Positions 1 to 10,905 of a DNA stretch of 35,006 nt are shown in pieces (the stretch's first letter is position 1; each line of letters starts with the position of its first letter). Where the stretch lies: assembly GCF_000787575.1 (NCBI RefSeq), contig NW_012236508.1, positions 139,437-174,442 on the forward strand, given 5' to 3'. A program made the position numbers and the translations under genes. The notes under the pieces were generated by a model that was not told the DNA's origin, did not search any database, and saw only the letters and a list, made by a program, of their open reading frames with translations. This DNA is from Acytostelium subglobosum. Taxonomy: Eukaryota.

Positions 1-484
1 TTGACCAGTTCATCCATGATTTGATTTGGATAGCGAAGACCCAATGAGACCATGAGTGATGAAGCAGCCTGTTGCCAATCTGGAACGACCTCCTTGTCTC
101 TGGTCAACTCACTGACAGACATCTTTATGAGATCCAAGCATAATGAATCAACAATCTCATCACGCTTCTCACCAAGTATCTGATGCATTGACTTTAGTAT
201 TGTTACTCTATGTACAAGATCAATCTAGGTGTAATATAATGAGTATAAGTATATGGTTGGTAGCTCTCCCTCACAATCTCTCTTACCTTTTGATTCTTGT
301 TCAAATAGTCACAAGCCAATGCCAGTACAGTGTTGGGTTGACGGAAACCAATGTCATAGATTGAAGAGATGACACTCTTTCGGACAGTCTCATCATTGTC
401 ATTGGCCGAGAACAATAGTGCATTGACAATGTTCTCAATGACTGGCGAACGTTGTAGTTTCTTGTTGGCAAGTGCCGCCGACAT
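1..484 (-). CDS. N-terminal part of a hypothetical alpha-helical (HEAT/ARM-like) protein; gene runs off the window start. Exon 1 484..287, intron 286..192 (95 nt, AAG|GTAAGA ... CTAAAG|), exon 2 191..1 (partial).
   Basis: ATG at 484 (minus strand). The ORF-track protein MSAALANKK...YLNKNQK is followed by a GTAAGA donor. A phase-0 acceptor at 192/191 opens a frame (SMHQILGEKRDEIVDSLCLDLIKMSVSELTRDKEVVPDWQQAASSLMVSLGLRYPNQIMDELV) that stays open to position 1. No confident homolog recognised. Confidence 0.4.
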
Positions 485-1349
485 TACTCAAATATCACTT
501 TGTTGTTACAACTGTGTAGAATGTATGATGAATATGAATGATATATATATATAATACAAATAATAATAATAGATAGTTTATCTGTCTGCACCTTATTGAT
601 GATCTTTTAAAATAGATAGTAGATAGATAGAGGTAACAGGATGAATGAATGAAGGAATGAATGCAAAATGACTTTGGTGGTGGTACTCTGCAAAAATCTA
701 TTTCCCAAACAACACCAAATTGAATCAAATCACTCGAAAGAAGTTTCAAAACACTCCTCTCTCACGTGATGTTTGTTTGTGTTGTGTTGGTGAGTGCTCT
801 GTGTGCCTTCATTCACTTGTTGAATGCTCAGAGTCCAATTAATTAACATGCTGAGGTGATGACCTTAAGTGATTGGAGACAGCCATACACTCAGTATGTT
901 CAGGCTTGATTGAGTGTGATTCAGTAACACTACGTTGGTTGTAAACAAATATTATTATTTCTTCTTCTTGCCTTGCAATGTCAGAGTTGTCATTGACAAT
1001 CAATCAGTCGAATGTGGGCTAGGTCAACAGTGGTGTGTATCTCTTTGTCAATCGGTCAGTGACATCACATTGAAAAAAATGTGTGTGGTATACCTTCCAC
1101 GAAAATATCTTTTAAATTTATAAATATTTTCCAAGTTTTTTATCACAAAACTGATAATTAGATTGAATGATGATGTGCACTCTAGAGTTAAATTGAAACA
1201 TTTACAACCAAAAGATCACCTAGCATAAAAAGTCATCAAGCTGCTGATCATAAGTTCAATCAATCATTTAATTGCTTCATCTTTATCTCAATAAGAATAT
1301 TTATATATTACACAACTTATCTCATAAAACACTCTAATATATATAAAGA

Positions 1350-3986
1350 ATGTCAACTCCAACTCCTACTACAGTCATTAGAATCAAGCCACACCATTAC
1401 ATTCATGTAAGTTAGCTTCTGTCAATCAATCAAACAACAACAACAACAATCTAATCTAACAAATCATATTTATATTAAATTAGGTATTGGATAACAACAC
1501 AAATGTGACTCGCGTTGAAGTTGGTCCACAGACATTCACTAGATTGGATCATGAGAAAGTATTGACTCCATCTCCATTGCCAATGGTGTTGATCCCACCA
1601 AGAAACTACTGCATCGTTGAGAATCCAGTGATCAGAGCCAAGGATGGAAAGTTGGAGCTCGATCAGTTCCAGCAGCCAAAGCTCCGTCACGGTGACAAGG
1701 AGATCAGATTCTCCCAGGAGCCATTCCCACTGTTCCCAGGTGAGGTTCTCTTGGCCCTCCCAGTGCCACTGCAGGTGGTCCTGGCCAACAACGCCCTGAG
1801 ACTCAAGTGTCTGCGTGACTTTGTAGAGATTGCTGCCGACAAGAAGACTGAGGTCGTGCACGTCGCTGGTGATGAGTGGTTGTTTGAGGGTCCAGGTACC
1901 TACTACCCACGCATTGAGGTTCAGGTGCTCGAGGGAGTCAAGGCCGTCATCATCAAGGAGAATCAGGCCCTTAAGCTCCGTGCTCGTCTCGTCACAAAGG
2001 ATCGCAAGGGAGTCATCCGTCAGCCAAATGAGGAGTGGTTGGTCCGTGACTCTGGTGCCTACCTGCCAGGCGTCTACGAGGAGATTGTCGGTTTCGTCCC
2101 AGTCCCTTGTTTTGACTGAGCGTGTCGGCTACCACCTGTTGGCCCTGCGCTCCTTCAAGGACACTTTTGGCAAGCAGAGAAAGGCTGGCGAGGAGTGGAT
2201 CATCACCATCAAGGACTGTGAGACCTACATCCCAGACGTCAACGAGAAGGTCGTCCGTGACATCAAGTCCATCACCCTGACCACCCGTCAGTACTGTTTG
2301 GTTGACTCACCAGTCGACCCAGCCACTGGCAAGAACCGTCTTGGCCACCAAGAGCTGCGTCACGGTGAGCGCACCTTCTTCCTCTTGCCAGGTGAGAACC
2401 TCGTCTCTGGCATTCAAAACGTCAATGTCCTCTCTGAGGATGAGGCCTTGCTGCTCACTTGCAAGGAGTCCTTTGGCGATGTCGTCGGAAAGGACAAGGT
2501 CAACCGCAAGCCAGGTGATCTCTGGATGATCTACGGACCATGTGACTACATCCCACCCATCCAAGTCGACATTGTCGAGCGTCGCAAGCGTATCCCACTC
2601 GATGTCAACGAAGGAATCTACGTCCGTGACACCAAGACCGGTAAGGTCCGCTCTGTCATTGGTACATCATACATGTTGCTCCCCAACGAGGAGAGATGGC
2701 CAAAGCCCCTGTCCCCAATCGTCGAGGAGTTGCTCAGCAAGTCTGCCACCCGTGACGTCAACGAGGAGCACAATGAGGTTGAGCGTGACCCAACCCAGGT
2801 TGTCACCTACCGTGTGCCACACAAGGCCGCCGTCCAGATCTACGACTACCGCAAGAAGCAGGCACGTGTCATCTTTGGACCAGAGTTGGTTATGTTGGCC
2901 CCAGATGAGGAGTTCACCGTCCTCTCACTCTCGGGCAAGATCCCCAAGAGACCAAACCACATCCGTTCCTTGGCTCTGTTCCTCGGACCAGACTTTATGA
3001 CCGATCTCATCACCGTCGAGACTGCTGACCACGCCCGTCTCTCCCTGAAGCTCTCCTACAACTGGGAGTTCCAGGTTGACCCAAAGAACCCATCCCGTCT
3101 CTTTGCCACACCAGACTTTACTGGAGACCTTTGCAAGGCCACCGGTTCATTGGTCCGTGCTGCCGTCGCTGCCGCCACCTTTGACCACTTCCACAAGCAC
3201 TCGGCTGAGATTATTCAGACCTCTGTGTTTGGAAAGAACGCTGACGGCGAGCCCAACAACCGTCTGGTGTTTGAGACTAACGGTCTGGTCATCACCAACA
3301 TTGATGTTCAGTCTGTCGAGCCAGTCGACCAGCGTACCCTCGACTCTCTGCAAAAGTCTGTCCAGCTGGCCATCGAGATTACCACCAAGTCCCAAGAGGC
3401 TACCGCCCGTCAAGAGGCCGAGCGTCTGGACCAGATGGCCAGAGGTGAGTTGGAGCGCCAAAAGATCGTCGACGAGGCAGAGGCTGAGAAGTCCCGTGCC
3501 AACCTCGTCAAGCTGCAGGCTCAGTCAGCCAGCGTTGAGTCCACCGGTCAGGCTATCGCCGAGGCTCGTGCTCGTGCCGAGGCTGCCCTCATTGCCACCG
3601 AGGCAGAGGTCAAGAAGGCCAAGCTTGAGTGCCAGGCCTCAGAGATTGAGGCTACCGCCGAGCTGGAGGAGGAGGTTGCCAAGCAAGAGATGGAGATTGA
3701 TCACATCAAGCAACTCAACGATCTCGAGATCACCAAGGCAAGAGAGTTGGCCGCCATCGAGGTTGGCAAGTTCTCCAACCAGGTCTCTGCCCTCGGAACC
3801 GAGACCATCAAGGCCATCGCCCAGGCCGGTCCAGAGATGCAGGCCAAGCTCCTGCAGGGTCTCGGACTCAAGACCGTCTTGCTCACCGACGGTTCATCGC
3901 CAATTAACCTGTTCAACGCTGCCAACGGACTCATCGGAGGTGCTCCACTTCCAGGTGCTGACGCCAGTGGCTTGGAGGACTTTTAA
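1350..3986 (+). CDS. MVP: Major vault protein (MVP). Exon 1 1350..1406, intron 1407..1483 (GTAAGT...TTAG), exon 2 1484..3986. An apparent +1 frameshift within 2098..2108 splits it into ORFs 1487..2119 and 1830..3986.
   Basis: Translation [19 protein letters not shown] | [27 protein letters not shown]...[12 protein letters not shown] aligns with the metazoan MVP N-terminus (..[41 protein letters not shown]). Repeated MVP-repeat motifs run throughout (GEEWII..., [14 protein letters not shown], shoulder and coiled-coil cap ...[24 protein letters not shown]...[15 protein letters not shown]). Stop TAA at 3984-3986. Confidence 0.9.
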
Positions 3987-4454
3987 ACAGTCATTTCCAA
4001 CACCAACTAGACTACCATAATCCTTTCACTACCATCTAAGGAAGACACACATACACATCACTGTTCAAGACTTGAAAGTAACACTTCAAGACATTGGTCA
4101 ATGGTTTATACTATTGGCCAATACACAATAAACAACAAAACCCATTGTAATTTACTTCTAAACATCGTATCATTGTCTAATTATCTGTTCTATGTCATTA
4201 GACATGACCAGACATTGTTGCGTTTCATTGTCCTTCCACCATTCTTTAAGTCTAAAGAATGTGTGAGGGTATGTCTGTGAGGGTATGTGATTCGTGTTGG
4301 TGTTTCAAAACATTGATTTGTTTGATTTTTTTTTATTTAATTTGATTGGATCGTGGTGGTGGTGTGAGTGGAGGAGGATAGAGGGTATGTGATTCATTGG
4401 TTTGCTCTTCTTCAATCCAGTGTTCCTCGCTCTTATCACGTACAACATTCAATC

Positions 4455-5358
4455 ATGGGTAGACGTATGTATCTACATCATCATCAAGTTGGTCAATCCT
4501 TAATCGATACTTACTCTGCACCCATCAATCAACTCAATCGATCAATCTATCAATCAATCAATCATCGATTCACTATTCAATCATTCATGATATACAGGTC
4601 CAGCTAGATGGTAAATACATACTTTGAATCATCCAATCGATTGGATAAGCAGCTAATCATACAATCTCATCAATCAATCAATCAACACAACATCCATCAT
4701 CATCATCAATCAATCAACATATTATAGCTACAGATACTGTAAGAACAAGCCTTTCATCAAGTCCAGATACTGCCGTGGTGTCCCAGACGCCAAGATCAGA
4801 ATCTACGATTTGGGTCGTAAGAAGGCATCCCCAGATGAGTTCCCATTCTGTGCTCACTTGATCTCTTTGGAGTACGAGCAGCTGTCCTCTGAGGCTTTGG
4901 AGGCCGGACGTATCTCCTGCAACAAGTACATCTCCAAGGTCGGAGGTAAGGACTCGTTCCACATGCGTGTCCGCGTTCACCCATGGCATGTGCTCCGTAT
5001 CAACAAGATGTTGTCGTGCGCCGGTGCTGATCGTCTCCAGACCGGAATGAGAGGTGCCTACGGTAAGCCAGTCGGCACTGTTGCTCGTGTCAACATCGGA
5101 CAGGTCATCTTCTCAATTCGTTGCAAGGACAACATGTCTGCTCACGTCATTGAGGCTCTCCGTCGTTCCTCCTACAAGTTCCCAGGCCGTCAGAAGATCG
5201 TCATCTCCAAGAAGTGGGGTTTCACCACCTACGATCGTGAGGAGTACAAGCAGCTCAAGGCCGCCGGTCGTGTCATCAACGACGGTGCCAACGTTAAGCT
5301 GATCACCAACCACGGTCACCTCAAGGACTACGGAAAGTTGTTGAAGGCTGCCATCTAA
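4455..5358 (+). CDS. RPL10: 60S ribosomal protein L10 (uL16, QM). Exon 1 4455..4464 (ATGGGTAGAC), intron 4465..4597, micro-exon 2 4598..4610 (GTCCAGCTAGATG), intron 4611..4727, exon 3 4728..5358.
   Basis: Spliced product [41 protein letters not shown]...[30 protein letters not shown]... is nearly identical in its motifs to eukaryotic uL16. Donors GTATGT and GTAAAT, acceptors TACAG and TATAG. Phases are consistent only when the 13-nt micro-exon is included. Confidence 0.88.
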
Positions 5359-5497
5359 ACGTGTTGCTCTCTCTCTAATAAACTACAAAGTTATATAGAC
5401 AACGAAGACGACGACTACTACCTTTTGGATGATGATGACGATGACGATGATTGATCAATCTTCAGAGTGATAGGAGTTTCCGCGGAAAGGTGTTTAT

Positions 5498-8400
5498 TTA
5501 TTTAGTTCTGTAGACTGATAGGATCTCTTGTACATGTTGTGGCTGTCTTACTTCTTCGGCCATTTCATCACCAACCTTCATCCAGCTGTGTTCATCTGCA
5601 CCGGCCAACTTCTCTTTGCCCCAGAGTAACCTGTTCTTGGCGAGCATAGAGTCGATGCTCTCTCTGGCCACCTCATTGTGCACCATGTTGAACTGCATTA
5701 GATTGAGAGATGTGAGTTGTTTGTTCTCTCTCAGTGCCTCACGAAGCATCGTAACACCCTTCTGGGAGATGCCATTATTAGTCAGGTCAATGCTCCTGAT
5801 CACCTTGCTCGAGCGGATCAGACGGGATATCTCGGCGGCACCCTCGTCCTCTAGCACATTGTTCAGAGCACCCATGACAAAGGTTGCTTTGGTGTAGCCA
5901 AGGTTGAGGAACAGGAGTGATGGATGAGGGATGATTGCTTCCACCAATGCCCTTGCTCCAGCCGGTCCAATACAATTGGACGACAGACCCAATCGCACAA
6001 GTGTCTTGTCCGTGTTTAGACCTTTGGCAATCTCGGCAGCTCCAGCGTCTCCCAATTGATTGCAGCTCAAGTAGAGTGTCTCCAGGTGGTTGTTGCCAGT
6101 GGCAAGATGGTTACCCACAGTCACTGCACTGGCCACAGTCAGTCCATTGGTGTCAATGTAGAGATGCTTGAGAGTCTTGTTGTTCTTGAGTGCAGCAAAG
6201 ATTGTGGCGACACCCTCATCCAGCACTCCACAGTTGAGCAAGTCCAACACTTGAAGGAAGCAGTTGGTCTCGAGCATTCTTGCCAGTGGTCTCACACCTG
6301 CGCTCAGCAGAGGATTCCTCTTGAGCCAGAGTGCCTTTACTTTGGTGTCGTTGGCTAGGGCGGCAGCAATGTGGGTGATTCCCTCCTCGTCAAAGTTGTT
6401 GCCCGCAATGTACCAAGTGTCAATCTTTGAGTCTGGATTGTTGAGAATGTAGTCGGCGATGGCCTCTGCACCACCGTTACCAACAATGTTGTTGCCAAGC
6501 AGTAGTCGCTTGATTGTGCTATGCTTCTTCATGGCACCAAGTAATGGTTTGATGCCCTCAGGGCCAACAACCTGTTTGCACAGGTCTAGTCTGCCGTCAG
6601 GCATGCAGGTGCCTCTGGTGAATCTGATCAAAGAATCATCGGACAGGGGCTTGTCGGCCTTCATAAACTCGAGCAGTGGGTCCAGCTCCTCAAGTGGGCA
6701 TGGGAACACAGGCTCAGGCTCAGGGTTCAAAACATAGTTGGAAGGTGCAGCGTCAATCATCTTTCTCCTGTTCTCTGGCGAGATACCCATAGCACCGGCG
6801 CCCTTTTTGAAGGCCTCACGATCCGATCTCTGGACGCTATAGTCGACAGTGCTTGGATAGGTGCTCCTGAGAAGGTTGGACAACCTGGCAACAATCTTTC
6901 GATAGTTCTCGTAGCAGAGTCCTTTGGCAATGCCTATTTGCTTATCGTTGGCATCCTTGGGTGTGGGAGGGATTGGTGACATAAACCTGGCAATGTCCTT
7001 GGCCAGCAGTGACGAGTAGCCCTTTCGACCACCTCCCAGTCTGGGTGCGTCAAGAGCACAGTTGGATGGCCACCTGAGTAGTTGGTCAGAGTTGTTCTCA
7101 TCATCCTCGATAGTGTCGTCAGAGTTCTCAACGTCGATAATCTTGTAGTCGGACATCAACTGTTTGGTGAACATCTCAATGACCACCTGTCTCAACTGTT
7201 TCAAAAGAGTGATGCGTGTGTTGTTGTTGTTGTTGTCCATGTCTGTTGAGGTTGACTGAAGTTGTTGCGCCATCTTGTTTCCATAGTAGGCAAGAGTGGT
7301 CAAGTCACGCCATGTAGCTAGCTTGGGGAAGGCGTCAAGGTTGGTCAGGAGCTTGGTAGGATGTGCAAGGTAGAGATTGAGCCACAAATGGTAGAACAGT
7401 GGGTAGTCACGAGGTTCGTCCTGTTTAAAGTTGAGTCTTGTCGACCACAGTATCACCAACAGATCATCAAAAGATGAGAGGCATGCATGAAGCTTGACAA
7501 TCGAGTCATTGGCAATTGATTGTCTGTCCAATGAAGGTGGATTGCTGTCCAAGAGTGATTTGAACTCCTCCTCATTGACCAACGCACTTCTAGTCTCTGC
7601 AGTGAGTCCATGCAATGTGATGGCGAACCTCTCATCAAGTGTCTTGCCATTGTTGTAGTTGGTCACTAGACGTGTTCGGTTGATTCGTAATGACTGCTCC
7701 ATCTTCTCATCAAACGTTGCAAGTTCTTGTAATGGATCTGGGATGTTTGAGTCTTCCTTTCCAATCGCATCATCAACAGCAACATCAGTGCCTCCATTAA
7801 CTATTAGTGATTGTTGTTCACTGACAAACTCCTTGATCTCTTGATTGGGCCACCTGTTTGGTGTAAAGTGACCACCATCGTGTTGTACCAGTCGACCACC
7901 CTCAAACAGTGCAGCCAACTGTCTAGTCCTATCATTGTCCACTAGGTCATCGCTAGTTCCAAGTATCGACAGGGTGGGCAGTCCGCGAACGAATGAAGGT
8001 TGCATCATTGGCTGGTGTGCCTCTGCTCTCGAGGTGAATCCCGAGATCAAGATGGCAAACTTAAAATTAAACAGCAGTTGGTTCTGTTGTTGCAACGCTG
8101 CGAGGATGCCGGTAAAGGCGGCACCCTGGGAGAAACCAATGATTCCATCGAATGGACCCTCTGTCTTGGACAACTGAGTCAGGTAATGTACCGAAGCATC
8201 AAGGTGTTGATAGACCTTGTTGTCCTTGGATGCGTTCCACCATTGACGTTGATGTCCAGTCTGTGGCAGCTCACCAAATGCCGTCAACAAAGCTGTCCTA
8301 TTATCACCACTAGGGCTGTAGGACAATGGAGCGTTGGCATAGTAGATCGTTGCGATATCCGATAACATTGCAGCAAGTTTCTTGGTGGATCTCTTTAATA

Positions 8401-9125
8401 TTGATCCATTCTGTCGGAAACTAGTACGATTGATTGATTGATTGAATGAGTGAGTGAGTGGAACATGTACCTTTGGAGGACTGAACACATACCTGTGTAA
8501 GAGTACCAACTTCAACTTTGGCTTCTCATTGATGGGAGGGGCAATGTTGATGGTGTTGATGAACTTTCTCTTGGGCTTGAATTGATTCTCCATGGTCACG
8601 GGAGGACGCAACTGGATCTCCTCGTGATCACCGTTCGATGGCTCGTGGGCGGATTGTGAAGAGTTGTTCTTGGCCCATGTGAGGTAGGCCTGCTCCTCAT
8701 CGGTCGACTGACGCTTGAGTAGGAAGTTGCGGTGGGGATATCGACCGAATCTCTGGATGGTCTCGAGATGGTCGCGGGCAGATTGCGCGAACCTTTTGTA
8801 GTACTTGAGTTGCGCGGGAAACAGTGAGTCACTGGCCATAGATTCCATCAACTGATGTGCCCTCGTGACAAGCTCCAAGTTCTCAGAGTGCTCCAGAGGG
8901 AGGTAGATAAAGATACGCTCTGGCAATGAGTACATAGAGGCATGATCTTGGTTGGTCGGATTGTCAAGTATGTCCAGTGATAGACGCAATGCAACATCGT
9001 CATACTTGAACATGTCAGCTGATCCACGATACATTGCTCGAGGGAATTGATCAAACAGCAACAACAGTGCGATCCTGCCTCGTTGGAATGATGACCAACG
9101 ATCAAAGATGCCATCCACTATGGCG

Positions 9126-9163
<38 letters not shown>

Positions 9164-9505
9164 ATTGGACTGGTCGATTGATGCAGCTGCCTCTTGAAGC
9201 AGTTGTTCGAATCTACCCTTGTCGAGTGCACGTCTTCGACCGAACCAAAGCTTGGTCTTTCCATTGTATCTTTTGGACCAAGTGGATGTCTTGCCAAACC
9301 AGAATGAATAGACCAGTTCAATATTATTCTGATCATCAATGGACACTTGAGAGTTCAAGTGATTGGCTGGTTCATTACCATTACCAAGTATTAGTTGTTG
9401 TTGTTGAGAGGTATCAACAACTCCTTCACCAGATGATGATGTTGTTGATGTTGTTGTTGTTGTTGATGGTGTCACAATAGCGATGTTGTTATCGTTGGAC
9501 ATCAT
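5498..9505 (-). CDS. Large multidomain protein: N-terminal DUF924 domain, central FSH1/OVCA2-type serine hydrolase, C-terminal RNI-type leucine-rich repeats. Contains at least one in-frame intron (8492..8421) hidden inside the uninterrupted ORF.
   Basis: DUF924 motifs WFGRRRALD...RIALLLLFDQFPRAMYRGS...YLPLEHSENLE...RFGRYPHRNFLLKRQST. FSH1 motifs LLHSFRQNGSILKRSTKKL (after intron removal) and the nucleophile elbow DGIIGFSQGAAF. LRR_RI-type repeats LLLGNNIVGNGGAEAIADYIL..., LYLSCNQLGDAGAAEIAKGL..., LGLSSNCIGPAGARALVEAI. Continuous 1335-codon ORF on the minus strand. Confidence 0.7.
8421..8492 (-). other. 72-nt in-frame intron inside the DUF924-FSH1-LRR gene: donor CACAG|GTATGT at 8492, acceptor GTACTAG| at 8421.
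   Basis: The sequence is intron-like, with (CACT)n(CAAT)n microsatellite content of the kind seen in other introns in this window. Its length is a multiple of 3 with no stop, so the ORF finder read through it. Removing it produces LLHSFRQNGSILK, matching the conserved N-terminal FSH1/OVCA2 motif (LHGFRQNG). Confidence 0.6.
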
Positions 9506-9860
9506 TGTTGTTTAGTTTGTTTATGATGATTTATAATTAGACAGCAGTGATTCAGTTGAGTAACAGTAGATGTTATTAGTGTTGTTGTTGTTGTTGCAGG
9601 GATTCATAGACAATTGAGCTTTGCTCTGTTGTTTGTTTAATTGATTGAATGAATGAGTGTCTGGAAGATAAGGATGAATGAACAAATATGATATCATGTC
9701 CAACTTTGGAGTAAGCAAGTCAGGTGATCATGGTCTAGAGTCATTATCTCCCAATGACAACACTGTTTAGCATTCTGCTTAAATTCTGGAACAATTATGC
9801 TTGTCGTTTCAAAAAAGTGGGAGTTGGACAAACTTGAAGTTCTCGAGTTTAGAGAGATAG

Positions 9861-10640
9861 TTATTTACAAGGTTGAGGATAAAGATCTCGGTCACTCATC
9901 ATTTGAATGACAGTGTCATCCTCGGTCTGGTCGAATAAGTGATAGAAGTTACCAACTGCATTGAATGGATATGGTGTTGATAAACAGATAATCTCATCAA
10001 CCTTTGGATTATGCTTCAGTTCACTTATACTATCATGTGGCGCCACTGGTACTGCCACAACAATCTTCTTTGGTTCCAAATGTTTGATCGATTCTATAGC
10101 AGCCTTCATTGTTGATCCTGTTGCTATACCATCTGTATGGTTGTTAGACTAGTCATTGCCAACATCATCATTCATTGTGAACGCTCTTACCATCTACTAA
10201 TATAATAACTTTGTTTTTAAAGTCAACTGGAGGCCTATCACGTCTATATACAACTTGTCTCCTCTTTGATTCAACTCTTTGTTTCTCTACCTCTTTATCC
10301 AAATATGATATTGGTATACCAAGTTGATCAATGACATCTTGATTGAAGTATCCTTCACCATTCTCTGCAATTGCTCCGATTGCATATTCCTTGTTTGATG
10401 GTGCTGTTGAATAAGGAGGTGAGTAGTTACTCCGATTGATTGATAGATTAGATTGAACATACCTCCAATCTTTCTTGGTACAACTATATCAAGTGGAAGA
10501 TGAAGTGCTTTGGCAATTGGATAGGCCACAGGTACTCCACCTCTTGGTAGTGCAACTACTACTGCCTGAGGATCATTGTTAAATTGTCTAAGACGTTCTA
10601 ACAACAATTGACCAGCATGTTCTCTATCATTGAATTTCAT
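9861..10640 (-). CDS. Bacterial-type phosphoribosyltransferase-domain protein (PRTase, type I fold). Exon 1 10640..10463 (alternative upstream start 10706), intron 10462..10404 (59 nt), exon 2 10403..10192, intron 10191..10133 (59 nt), exon 3 10132..9861.
   Basis: Spliced product MKFNDREHAGQLLLERLRQF...VVVALPRGGVPVAYPIAKALHLPLDIVVPRKIG|APSNKEYAIGAIAENGEGYF...VIILVD|DGIATGSTMKAAIESIK...ICLSTP. The PRPP-binding motif VILVDDGIATGST is reconstituted only after splicing. Donors GTATGT and GTAAGA, acceptors CAACAG and TACAG. Confidence 0.75.
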
Positions 10641-10905
10641 TTCTACTTCTCCAATTATATATATCAATAACAATATTATTATTATTATCTTATAACAATG
10701 TTTCATCTTGTTGTGTTATTGTTGTTGTTTGTCAAAGGAATGAAGGGGGAGGTCTTGAAAGTTAGCCCAATCCACCCCATTGGACGGATGGACTTACCAC
10801 GCCATAAAAGGTAATTACCAAATCCGGAAGTTATAATTAATAATACATGTATGTTTAATTGTGTATATATATGTGCAAGATGACAAGTTTGTAATTGTCA
10901 TTTGC

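Noticed and set aside
540-640. GATA/GATAGA-type repeats upstream of three start codons (540-640, 13255-13290, 34571-34590)
   Set aside because: Orientation relative to the downstream gene is inconsistent, and such repeats are simple AT-rich microsatellites. There is insufficient evidence for a regulatory motif.
2307-3934. Several 60-150-codon ORFs on both strands inside the MVP gene (2307..2564 -, 2542..3000 +, 3147..3461 -, 3701..3934 -)
   Set aside because: Overlapping or antisense shadow ORFs of a well-supported conserved gene.
3076-4020. 314-codon Pro/Ser/Arg-rich ORF on the plus strand
   Set aside because: It is an alternative frame of the GC-rich MVP coding region. It has no independent start context or conservation logic, so it is a frame-shadow ORF.
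9118-9170. (GTT)17 microsatellite
   Set aside because: It lies in frame within the DUF924 gene and encodes a 17-Asn tract, typical of this genome's coding low-complexity sequence, so it is not a separate feature.
5616-9480. Many short plus-strand ORFs, including the Cys-run ORF 9034..9480, inside the minus-strand 5498..9505 gene
   Set aside because: Antisense of a long conserved ORF. The CCCC... run is the antisense of the (AAC)n poly-Asn tract.
10640-10706. Upstream ATG extending the PRTase by 22 hydrophobic codons (MKHCYKIIIIILLLIYIIGEVE)
   Set aside because: It could be a signal anchor, but bacterial homologues begin at the MKFNDR methionine and the extension is AT-rich low complexity. 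Left unresolved; the shorter start is preferred.
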